Source: Tetramitus jugosus
Taxonomy: Eukaryota; Protista; Heterolobosea
Assembly: GCA_937625935.1 (NCBI GenBank)
Contig: OW569369.1
Location: forward strand, 1 to 64,000
Length of the DNA stretch: 64,000 bases
Direction of reading: 5' to 3'
Part shown: positions 45,340-55,658 of the stretch, one piece after another
Position numbering within the stretch: position 1 is the first letter of the stretch
How the letters are laid out: every line of letters starts with the position of its first letter
Made by a program: the position numbers and the translations under genes
Notes under the pieces: model-generated
Database searches by the model: none
The model's input: the letters and a program-made list of their open reading frames with translations, nothing else
Told to the model about the DNA's origin: nothing

Positions 45340-47361
45340 TTACGAGGGTTTATTGTTGCTGGTTTTGGAAATATTAGCCCTGCGTTTCTTGTTGGATTTA
45401 TCCTTGTTACTTGTTTTGGTTGTGTCAGATGTTGATTTGTGTCCAGCAGCGAGAGCACCAAGGTTCTTTTCATCGATAACAACATAGGGCAAGCTGGTCG
45501 CCTTTTGAACACGCTCCAAAGTTTCCATTGCCTTCAGTGGAGTATCTGTATCGCTCATGCGCTTCCGTTTCATTTCTTCCATGTACTTCTTTCTCTGCTT
45601 TTCGAGCTTATTCTTTCCTGGTCCTTCACCGTGATACTTGTGTGACATGACTCTAAAGGTTTCCTTTGGAGTCATGATACGACCAAATTCATCTCGATAT
45701 TCAATCTTGATATCTGAGTCATCTGTATCATCGCTGTGAAGAACACCTCTCTGGTTCAATACCTTCTTGTCCTTGCTTCTTCCACCGTAGTCTTGCTGAT
45801 TAATGAATCCCTTTTGTTTGGCAAATGCCAAAGTAGCAGCTAGACCAGTTGCGACGATTGGTTCTTCCACTACATCAACGTGATCTTCAGTCTTTATGTC
45901 AATAGTGCTAAAGGAGGCACTAGATGGTACAATGGGTTCATCCTCCTCATCCACATCTCTAGAACTCCTTACATTTGCCCGTATATTCTTTTTCTTGATA
46001 GAGGGTAGTGAGGATGGAGGAGGCATTGAATGATTGGTCGAGGGTTCAGTAGATCCCTCTTCTTCAGTCTTCACAACTGGACGAGGCAAAATTGGAGTGA
46101 TCTGTTCATTGCTCCTGAATTCCTCCTCTTCCTCTGTTTTGATATTGATGTGGCGAACAAATTCAGTCGTTGCATCAAATGTGACAGTGTTCAGTGGTTC
46201 TTCCTTGATCTGTGATTGTTCCTCCTGTTCGAATAACCTCATATTTTCAGCAACAATCTCGTCTGCTTTCATGGATCTTGTAGGTTGTCTAATCAGAGGT
46301 ATCGTCTCATCATCGTCAATAATATTCACAGTTGACACCTTTGCACGATAGTTACGTGATCCATGGTGACCAGAAGCACTCGAAGAGCTGTTAATAGCAG
46401 GACTGCTCAATAGAGATTCGAGAACAGAAGATGATGAAGATGATTCAGACTGTGACTCCTGATCCTTGCTCTGGCGAATTTTTGCACTGCTCGCTCTCTT
46501 CTTTTTCTTTACTTTGACTTCCTTGCGCTCTATCGTTAATGGCGATTCTTCATTGGTCATGAAATCACTCGTCGCATTCTTTACAACTGTCTTGTCCAAA
46601 GAGTACACGGCAGCAGCAGAGGTCGATTCCTTGTCTTTCATGGCCAACTTTGCTCTCAACTTGTTCAATCGTTCATTCTGTGTTCGAGCACTCTCTTCAG
46701 CCGACGTGATTGTAAAGGATTTCTTGGGCTTGAACGTTTCATCATCGACAACTGAATTGTACTGCGGCAAAATGTGTTCATCACCATCGAGCAAGTTATC
46801 ATTCTCTAGTGCATCGATTGCGTCCAACACCTTGTTTCGTTTGAAGCTTCTCTGCTTATTCCACTGTTTTTTCTCTTGTTGAACCAGGTGAACATTTTCC
46901 AACTCGTCCTGAGCATCTTCGTCCAACACATTGGCATCTTTCAACGTTAAAATGACTTCTTCTGAGCCAAACATGCGTTGATCGTGATTAATCTTGAGTC
47001 CTACGAGATCTTTTGTTTCGTACTTTGGTTGATTCATCGACAGTGCTGCCTGTTCCAATTCTTCTTGCTCCAGTGCACGTTGTTCGGCCAATTTTTTTTC
47101 TCGTTCCAAATTTCGACTCTTGTTGACCCATGCCAATGCACTGTTATTGTTGTTATTGTTGTTGCTCTGCTGCTGAGTTTTTTGTTTCTTCTTTTGTGGT
47201 TCATCCGTGTTATTCGCATCATATTGTTCGTTATCATTGTCATCGTCTTCACCCAGTGATCGATACTGCTGTTGTTCACGATCTCTTCTGCGTTTTCTAG
47301 CAAGGGCGATGCGCTCGGACACGGTCATTGATTGTGTGTCATCAATGTTGTTTTGGGTCAT
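45340..47361 (-). CDS. SART1: U4/U6.U5 tri-snRNP protein SART1/Snu66
   Basis: ILTLKDANVL...ELENV, GLAATL, IEYRDEFGRIMTPKETFRVMSHKYHGEGPGKNK. Confidence 0.92.
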   Translation of the reverse strand: MTQNNIDDTQSMTVSERIALARKRRRDREQQQYRSLGEDDDNDNEQYDANNTDEPQKKKQKTQQQSNNNNNNNSALAWVNKSRNLEREKKLAEQRALEQEELEQAALSMNQPKYETKDLVGLKINHDQRMFGSEEVILTLKDANVLDEDAQDELENVHLVQQEKKQWNKQRSFKRNKVLDAIDALENDNLLDGDEHILPQYNSVVDDETFKPKKSFTITSAEESARTQNERLNKLRAKLAMKDKESTSAAAVYSLDKTVVKNATSDFMTNEESPLTIERKEVKVKKKKRASSAKIRQSKDQESQSESSSSSSVLESLLSSPAINSSSSASGHHGSRNYRAKVSTVNIIDDDETIPLIRQPTRSMKADEIVAENMRLFEQEEQSQIKEEPLNTVTFDATTEFVRHINIKTEEEEEFRSNEQITPILPRPVVKTEEEGSTEPSTNHSMPPPSSLPSIKKKNIRANVRSSRDVDEEDEPIVPSSASFSTIDIKTEDHVDVVEEPIVATGLAATLAFAKQKGFINQQDYGGRSKDKKVLNQRGVLHSDDTDDSDIKIEYRDEFGRIMTPKETFRVMSHKYHGEGPGKNKLEKQRKKYMEEMKRKRMSDTDTPLKAMETLERVQKATSLPYVVIDEKNLGALAAGHKSTSDTTKTSNKDKSNKKRRANISKTSNNKPS

Positions 47362-47518
47362 TTGTTTTCTTCACAGTGATGCTTACTTGTTGCTTTTCTG
47401 AAGAGAGATTGATCACGTTGCTGCTGTTGTTTCGTTTGTTTTGTTTTGCTGCTGGCCGAAGTGAAAACTTCATCCATTCAATTGAACAAATAAAGGAGCG
47501 GAGAATTCAAAAAACTTT

Positions 47519-48526
47519 TTACTTAACCAAATTCTTGTCTGGTACCTTTCCTTCGGCCTGGAACATATCCACACTCTCAAAGACAGATTGAGCAATGTTG
47601 AGAACAGCTTCGCGAGTGAAGAAAGCCTGGTGACTGGTTACAATCACATTTGGGAATGAAGTCAAGCGAGCCAATGTGTCATCATCGAATCCAGAATCAC
47701 TAAAATCTCTAAAGAAGAAGGCTCCTTCATTCTCGTAGACATCAATTGCTAGACCACCAATCTTGCGCTTCTTGAGAGCACCAATCACAGCCTTAGTATC
47801 AACGACAGCACCTCGAGAGGCATTAACCAACAAAACACCTGGTTTCATCATTCCCAATGCCTCTTCATTGATCAAATGCTGAGTCTCCTTTGTCAATGGG
47901 CAGTGCAATGTGATCACATCACTCTTTGCAAACAATTCCTTGATATCGGACACGTAGGTCACATTCTCCATCTGTTTCACTTCTGGATTCTCATACACAT
48001 CATAGGCCAACACCTTGCAACGGAATCCCTGAGAGAGAATACGGGTTACAATGGCTCCAATTTGACCCGTTCCAACCACACCAACAGTCTTTCCAAACAT
48101 GTCCATTCCCATCAATCCATTAATTGTAAAGTTACCGTCCCGAACACGATCGTGAGCCTTGTGAATCTTTCTGTTCAGTGTCATCATCAGAGCAACAGTG
48201 TACTCTGCAGTGGCATAGGGAGAATAGGCAGGAACACGAGCTACTGTGATTCCTCTCTTGGATGCTGCCTGGAGATCCACATTGTTGAATCCAGCACATC
48301 TGTTGCTCACGAGCTTTACACTCTCTGGCAAGTTGTCAATGGTTTGTTGATCGACTTGATCATTGACAAATGTACAAATGGCGTCACAACCTTGAGCCAA
48401 TGATGCTGTTTGTGAGTGGAGAGTCGTATCAAAGAATATGAGCTCATGCTTGTGAACGCTCTGGTTGGCACGTTCGGAAAGGTATTGACGATCGTAAGGT
48501 TGAGCGGAGAAGACTGCGATTTTCAT
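47519..48526 (-). CDS. D-lactate dehydrogenase (D-2-hydroxyacid dehydrogenase, LdhA-like)
   Basis: RCAGFNNVD, VPAYSPYA.AE, GTGQIG, LHCPLT, N.SRG, DVYENE, TSHQAF. Confidence 0.93.
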   Translation of the reverse strand: MKIAVFSAQPYDRQYLSERANQSVHKHELIFFDTTLHSQTASLAQGCDAICTFVNDQVDQQTIDNLPESVKLVSNRCAGFNNVDLQAASKRGITVARVPAYSPYATAEYTVALMMTLNRKIHKAHDRVRDGNFTINGLMGMDMFGKTVGVVGTGQIGAIVTRILSQGFRCKVLAYDVYENPEVKQMENVTYVSDIKELFAKSDVITLHCPLTKETQHLINEEALGMMKPGVLLVNASRGAVVDTKAVIGALKKRKIGGLAIDVYENEGAFFFRDFSDSGFDDDTLARLTSFPNVIVTSHQAFFTREAVLNIAQSVFESVDMFQAEGKVPDKNLVK

Positions 48527-48766
48527 TGCTTTTGTTGGTGTTGGGGTTGATTGGTTATTTGTTAGATATGGTTGTAATTGGTTGTGCTTTGGTTGTTGTT
48601 TTTCATGGGTTTTGAACGAGATTCCAAGGTACACAGAGCAGCGGATCAATCGGGGAGACCAAATTTCGTTTCAACAGCCCAAAACGAATTTGTGTTTACG
48701 TTCATGATATTCGTCATTTCTCAACATTTCGGGACATCATAATGTCCTTGTGTGGAAGCGCGAAAA

Positions 48767-51700
48767 CTACACGACAAGGCACCCCGAAATGATGTTCATA
48801 ATCTCTTCGAGACGATTGTTGACAACATAGCGCTGCTCAGTGCTATCTCTGAGTTTCACACAGAAGCACTTGTTGCACAGGCCCCAGTTGTTTCTCTTCA
48901 CAGTTTTCACCTTGGAATAGTTGAGTACGAACAGCTCTTGACCGACAATAGCCTCAAAACAGAGGTTCTTGTTTCCAATGTATAATGTACCGGGAATGCG
49001 ACGACCAGAGGAAGTTCTCATCACACTTGACTCAACTGTGGCAAGCAACTTGTCATCCAAGAGTTCAAAGCGTGAGAGAAAGTATGAGTTTTCATCTGCT
49101 TGCTTCAGTTTCACCAGTCTCTGTTGATTTCCTTCGTAATCTAACAATTGCAATTGAATGCTGTTACAAACAGAGCTGACATCCGATAAAAATCCACCAA
49201 ACACCAACTTTTGTCCATCTATCAGTGTGATTCGAATGAGTCCTTGCTCGATATCCGGTGATACTGATGAAATGGACAAGAGAGAAGCAGTGAAGCCAGA
49301 ATCACTCATGCTCAAGTCAGACAAAGCATCAAAACAGAAGCACGTATCAAACAAGTAAAGAACCCCATTCACGCGTTGAGAGTCTTCCAAGCGAGCACAG
49401 TTGAATCTTTGCTTCAGAATGGCTCCAGGAATTCCGAATCTGATCTGTAGTTGGACTTGAGCTTCATCCAGTGTCAATACATTGATACGTTCAGAAGTAG
49501 ATATAGTAGATTCAGATACATCTTCCTTCCGTGTTTGTGGATTCGCAGATGAGAATGGCTTGAATATTTTATGGGTTCTCGTAATTGAACCCGTCACTGA
49601 TAGTTTCTTCGTGGGACGTACAGTTATCGTATTTCCAATTTGTTTTGCTTGCTTTACGATACAGTCAAGGAGTTCATCTCGCAATTTTCGAGTTCCCAAA
49701 GAAATTTTGATTCTGGGTATGGAGGACATGTAGATTGTCATTCCCTTTGTAATCCACGGATCAATTGGTCGAATCGATGTGATTTCACTGAGAGAAAGTT
49801 TAAACTTGCCAGTCTTTGTATCAATCATTGATTCATTATTCAGGAATATTTCATTGCTTCCTCGAAGAACACCTTGCGGTGACCACAAGAAGTGATATCG
49901 AGTTAAATAATAGTATCCCTTGCGGAGTCGTTCATTTCCGCAATGATTTGTCTTGACAATCAACGGTTGCTGAGTTGATTCATCTGGGTTGATTGCAAAT
50001 TCATTTGTAAGATACAATTCCTCGACTTTTGTTTTGTTTTTATCCACGAAGGTTGCGGCAACAGGGTCAGTTGTTGATCGAGAGCATATCACTGCTAGGA
50101 GATGATAACTCTTCAGGGAGCGATTAGAGGAGGCGACCGAGAATTTAGGATAGATTTCAATTAAACGATCTGTAGTCAACGAATACAGTTTAAGGACCTT
50201 TCGAAGGAATACCTTTTGGCGAGCAATTTGATCACGAGACAAGCCTTCACCTGCTCCGTAGAAGTAGTCTTCGCAGAATAGTGTCAGAGAGTTCAACAGT
50301 TCCCTTTGGCCTTCACTCATTATTCCAGAGTTGTCCTTGTCGGAAGGAATTGGTGGCAGTAAAATGCTAGAAACTTCTTGAAAGATTACTGACAGAACCT
50401 GACTTAGAGTCTGCATAAATGCTGCTTCATAAATATTGCCTGAGAGAGTAGTCAAGTTTGGTGTAATTGCTGTATCAAAGAGCATTGAGCTCAGTTGTTT
50501 AGTGGCATTCTTTTCACGTTTCTTTGCTTCCTCAACATTGATATTTTTGTACTGGTCTAGAATGTTCGAGAAACTAATCCTAAAGAACGGATCGAATTGA
50601 TTAACTATCATCGAAATGAGTTCATTATTGATTGTTTTAACTGTAACAAAGATGTTTCGAATGTTGTCAGAGTCAGACTCATCATCACTATTGTATGAAT
50701 CAGATTCGGAGCTTAAATCTGTGTTGGTGTCCGAATCAGAGCTTTGATCATCAAACTGAGATTTTTCGTCATTAATTGATTGAATTATCGTTTTAAACTG
50801 CGAGATAGCACCATTAACGTTATTTACAATAACCACATATCTTTCGGTTATGTTGACGACATCCCTCTCTTCTTCATTTAATTTGTATTTATCGCAAAGC
50901 CCAATCAAGTTCAATAAACATGGTCGTTCATTAGTTTTCGTCTTTGATTCATTCTTCGCAGATGAAGAAAGTTCCTTCAATGCAATAGATTTGAGAATTC
51001 GAGCGTATTCAACCACAACTTCTCCAAGAGCTAATCCGAAAGATGATAATAGTGAGTAGTTTGTGAATTCTAGTTTCGAGATAAACGACAAGGTTTCTCC
51101 TGCTGATGTAAAGAAATCTACGAGAGAGGAACTGTGCAAGACTTCATCGTTCATCTTCAACCAGTTGTCTAGTGCTACGGCGCGTTGCATGTATCCCATT
51201 AATTTTTCTTTGACCTCCAAAATGAACTTGGTTTCATAGCCGATCGATATAGTGGTCGGATCTAATAGTGTCAGATTCAACTCTTCTATCTCTTCTTGTT
51301 CAAAACTATCTTCAATTTCGGTATTCAACTCACGTAGTTTCTCGCAGAAATATAACATTTGGTACCCTGAAAATCCTCCAGAATTAATTAATTTCTCATA
51401 ATCTGTTGTGAAGCACATGTAATATGTTCTCATGGCTCTCGAGATGAAGTTACAATAAGATGGTATCGAGTTTGAATAATACAGTATATCATCTACTTTC
51501 TCTTTCAATAGTTGGGCAACGTTGATGAGTACAGATGCATTCAATGTTGTTGTCGGTTCTTCTGATGAACTGATTTGGTCATTACGAATATTAATATAAT
51601 CTGAAGTGATAGCATCTTGGATCAAGTCACACAACTTTGCTTGTGATTGTTCCCTATTGGGTTTGTTAATGTGTTCATACAGTCGAATTAATGTTTTGAA

Positions 51701-53416
51701 AATGTTTTTCTTGCCTCCTCCGAGTACTGTCATAAACTTTTGGACAATGACCTCAATCTTCGCCTGTAATTCTAGCTTGATTCTGTCAAAGTATTCAATC
51801 TTACAATGTATATTCGTTAGCTATGAGTGGAGCAACTAGAATGAAAGAAACAATGGCACTTACTTCATTCTTTGTAATAATAACAAACTTATCTGTGAGG
51901 GCAGATGAAACAAAATCGTAGCACTGTTTAAATTCTTCGGTATAGTACAAAAGAAGATCATTTCTTCTCACAATTTCTCTCATAATTCTACACGACAAGT
52001 TAATCCTATTCGAGAAACGAACAACATACAAGTATATACATACGATAGCCTCTTGTACACTTCACTGATACCATGTTGATTACTAAACTCCTCCAAAATC
52101 CATTTCTGATAGCTATTGAGGAGCTCTTTATCGGATAGTACACTGCGAGCAGCCATTTGCTGGATAATTGCGTCATACATTACATAATAATTATTATCTT
52201 TGCTTTCTTTCACATATGACGGAGTGGGATATGGAAATTGTTCGAGCTGAAGAACCATCGTTGCTCTCAACTCTCCAATGGGTTCTGTCTGTGTTGTTCT
52301 GATGATTGGAAACACAAACTCTTCGCTTTGCACTCCCCAAGAACAGTTTTGAGGTTGAATTCGAGAGATGACATCCTTGAGTGAAATGTTGACCTCTCCT
52401 ATTGCCTCAGTACTCAACAAGTTCTTTTTCAATAGTTGAAGTTTTAGAAGCTCTCGAACTGAGCTTGCTTCACAATATATTGCAATATCAATGTCTCCCA
52501 CCTTCAGATCTCCATTATTGGAAGATTGATTGCTCGAGAATTTGAAGCCCTTTGTTTGGGATGTATTCTTGCCTGTGGTCGAGGTTGTGATACCGTATTT
52601 CAGTACAGCATCAAAAGAAGCTGCCTTCAACTTTGTGAGCATGGAGTCTAGTGCAATCGAGTTCAACTGTAAAGACATGCGCAAAGTGAAAGGCTTCGAT
52701 TGGCGAATAGTTAGACTCTTTTGCAATAGAGACTCAATGGACCTTTTCTCTAAATCTCTCCACGTTTCATAATCCTCCTTGGAGTTAAAATTAGCTGGTT
52801 GAAAGAATGCATAGCTTTCATCGTTCAATAGCTCAATTCTCTCAAACAAGTGATTCACTGCAAAGTCCATTGTAGCAGCAACACCTTGGTTCACATCAGA
52901 CTCTGATACAAAAGATTTGGAATGCAGCTTATTCCAAACATGTACGAAACCTTGTTGTTCCTTCTCAAACATGGTTGGAAACGTGTATTGTATCGTGTCT
53001 CGCAACTGCGAGCCCAGATTCATGTATCCAGACAGGGATTCCACAACAGGACTTGCTGCATCGAATGAAGGTGGTATCTGAGACAACAATGGCCTATAAA
53101 CAACCTTAATAACCTCTTCAAAGATGGTGACCAAGTAAGCTTCCGATTGAGCAGAGTCTTCCAATTCAACCAAACTTGTCCAATTCACATCAGACATGAC
53201 CTCACGGAAAAAGTCTTCAATGGACACGGTGCTGCCAAAGCTTTCATCGTTGGAGCTAAGCACGTCAACCTCCTCATCAACAGATGCTTCTTCGTGTTGG
53301 GCAGTTTTGGAAGTGGAGAGCACTTTCTCTTGAGGTTCGAGTCGTTTCTTTTCCTTCTTATCCTTGGCACGCTTGTTGCTGCCAGACAGCAAGGCAACAA
53401 AAGCAATCTTTTTCAT
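48767..53416 (-). CDS. Munc13/Unc13-like MUN-domain protein with C2-like region and C-terminal GRAM-like repeats (multi-exon, introns near 51800-52040)
   Basis: Three adjacent minus-strand ORFs; AVALDNW...HSSSLVDFF (MHD1), GAGEGL (MHD2), GxLY...xCF GRAM-like repeats. Confidence 0.7.
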
Positions 53417-53484
53417 TGTTGTTTTGTGCAGTTCAGGAACTCGCCAAAGTTCTTTCGTTGTTTTCAACCAGTTAAAAGGTATGC

Positions 53485-53557
53485 TAGCATCTCCAGGTAT
53501 CGATCCTGGGACCTACGGGTTATGAGCCCGTCGCGCTAACCGCTGCGCCAAGATGCT
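53485..53557 (-). tRNA. Initiator tRNA-Met (CAT)
   Basis: agcatct...acggg-ctCATaa-cccgt...ccagg-atcgata-cctgg-agatgct-a; A1:U72 pair and ATCG T-loop typical of eukaryotic initiator tRNA. Confidence 0.95.
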
Positions 53558-53781
53558 GTTGGTGTTAAGAAAACCCAACAAGCGAGGACGATTAATTCTC
53601 CGATCAATCCAGAATTATCTCCCAACTACTATGACTCCTATTCTTCATGATGTCCTTGATCCTGCTTTTTAACTGTCTCTCTGCTGAGAATGAAATAATC
53701 AGGGCCACAATTTTGCTCAAAAAACTCCTCTCCGCTCCTTCAACAACAAACAGGAACGCACAAAAAAAAACGAAGACAAAC

Positions 53782-55080
53782 ATGAACAGTTTCACACTGC
53801 ACAAGGACGATCTCAACGATGACAACAACCAACAAGCAAACACATCCACCATTACCAACACTCCTCAACAACTTCAAAAAACATACTTGAATGAACGTCA
53901 ATTCATTCTCAAATCACTCACCATACCCTCTCATGAAAGTGCAGCACTTGATGATGTGAGCAACAACGTATCTTCATCATCGATACGTGTCGATGGAAGA
54001 CAAATTTATGATTTTCGATCTGTTCAATTGTCATTTGATCCCTATCAGTTGGGTCATGTGACGTGCAAGCTTGGTAATACACAAGTGATGGCTCATGTGG
54101 TGTGTGATATTGTGGAACCATATCCTGAACGGCCAACAGAAGGTTTTCTCACCTTTTCAATGGAGCTTCATCCCAGTTTGTTTGATAAAAAGTCCGCTTT
54201 TCCCGCGTATTTATTATCGCGAAACGCGCCAACGGAACAATCCAGAGAAAATTTACAGGAGCTGAGCATTGAATGGAGCAGAGTGATTGAGAGAAGTTTG
54301 AGAGGTAGTAGAGCGATCGATACGGAAGCTCTATGTCTCGTAGCTGGAGAAAAAGTTTGGAGCTTGAGGGTCGTGCTTCATGTGCTCGATGCAGATGGCA
54401 ATGTGTTGGACTGTGCACACATTGCTGCCATTACAAGTCTTTTGCACTTTAAGAGACCAGAGGTCACTATTGATGGTGAAGATGTCATTATTCACAGCTT
54501 ATCAGAAAGAGAACCAGTGCCACTGTCTGTGCATCACATTCCTCTGTGTGTGACGTTTGCTTTCTTTGAGCGCGATCGATTGATTCGCTTTGATAAGCAA
54601 CAAGAAAAGGCTGATAGAAGGCTTGCAATGGAAGATGAACTCGTCTGTGTTGATCCCTGTCTGAGAGAAGAGCTCATGGTGGATGGAACCATGACGATTG
54701 CAGTGAACGGACATGGTGAATTGTGTGCGATTCAAAAGGGTGGTGGCTTAGCTCTCAAAACATCTCAAATTCTCAAGTGCTCAAAAATTGCTGCTGTGAA
54801 GGCACAGGAGCTGACAACCATTATTAAGACTGCATTGACAACTGATGAAGAGCAGAGAAAGGCAAGAAAGCTGCCAAATTATGGAAAGCCTGTAATTCCA
54901 GTTGGCTTCAAGGAGCCATTCGATTTTGATAAGAAGCGAGGTGCAAAGAAGGACGAAGTGATGAAGGACGAAGAAGAGACTGATGATGCTGGTTTGAGTG
55001 ACATATCAGAGGACGAGGACGAAGATATGGACGATGATGCTTTCCAAGCTGACCTTAATGACTTTAGGAATAAAAAGTGA
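53782..55080 (+). CDS. RRP45: Exosome complex subunit RRP45/EXOSC9
   Basis: RVDGR..YDFR, LGNTQV, PYPERPTEG, AIDTEALCLVAGEKVW, DGNVLD, PVPLSVHHIP, ELCAIQKGG. Confidence 0.95.
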   Translation: MNSFTLHKDDLNDDNNQQANTSTITNTPQQLQKTYLNERQFILKSLTIPSHESAALDDVSNNVSSSSIRVDGRQIYDFRSVQLSFDPYQLGHVTCKLGNTQVMAHVVCDIVEPYPERPTEGFLTFSMELHPSLFDKKSAFPAYLLSRNAPTEQSRENLQELSIEWSRVIERSLRGSRAIDTEALCLVAGEKVWSLRVVLHVLDADGNVLDCAHIAAITSLLHFKRPEVTIDGEDVIIHSLSEREPVPLSVHHIPLCVTFAFFERDRLIRFDKQQEKADRRLAMEDELVCVDPCLREELMVDGTMTIAVNGHGELCAIQKGGGLALKTSQILKCSKIAAVKAQELTTIIKTALTTDEEQRKARKLPNYGKPVIPVGFKEPFDFDKKRGAKKDEVMKDEEETDDAGLSDISEDEDEDMDDDAFQADLNDFRNKK

Positions 55081-55112
55081 AAGCAAATAATCTATTGATA
55101 TGAAACTCTGTC

Positions 55113-55573
55113 TTAGGTAATAATTACTATCTCTCCAGATGAGTCTTCATCCACTTGTGTGCAAAAGTATATTCTAGCTTCTGGGTTTGCAAAAATACCT
55201 GTGTGGGATCGTAGGACACTTTCAACACCATTGAGCAAGCAAGTAAAACGGCCATAAGGTGTTGTCCAATTGGACTTCTTTGCCTCTTCGTACCCGTATT
55301 CCCCATCCACAATTAACGATACCACATCACCAGAGTAGAACTTGTCAGTCCATTTGGTGATGCTTTTCCTCGTAAAGGATCCATTGTTGGAACAACCAAT
55401 ATTTTCACCCTCAAGGAATGCTCCCAAGAAAACAGATCCTTGATCTTTTGTATACACATCCTGAAGAATGTTCTCTTCAATGATACCCAGCAACACCCAA
55501 AAAGAGGCATACAAGAAAGTGGATCTACATACTTCCACCTTGAGGTCAATTTTGGTCGTTCCTCTTGTGTTAA
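55113..55573 (-). pseudogene. 3' half of an F-box gene split by the Fanzor transposon
   Basis: In frame with 59377-59807 once the element and one TTAA are removed (...SRPI-NTRGTTKIDLKVE...). Confidence 0.85.
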
Positions 55574-55658
55574 GGATGTAGTTCGGTGAAATAAAATCCA
55601 TAATAAAAAAATTATGATTTCCCGAGAAGACACCTTAACGCTCCTACATAATCGGGAC
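55550..55658 (-). ncRNA. Predicted Fanzor omega-RNA (scaffold ~55658-55570, guide ~55569-55550)
   Basis: Lies between the Fanzor stop and the element end; stem tcccga/tcggga, hairpin aaatcataat-tttttt-attatggattt, and atgtag/ctacat pseudoknot with the TIR. Confidence 0.72.
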
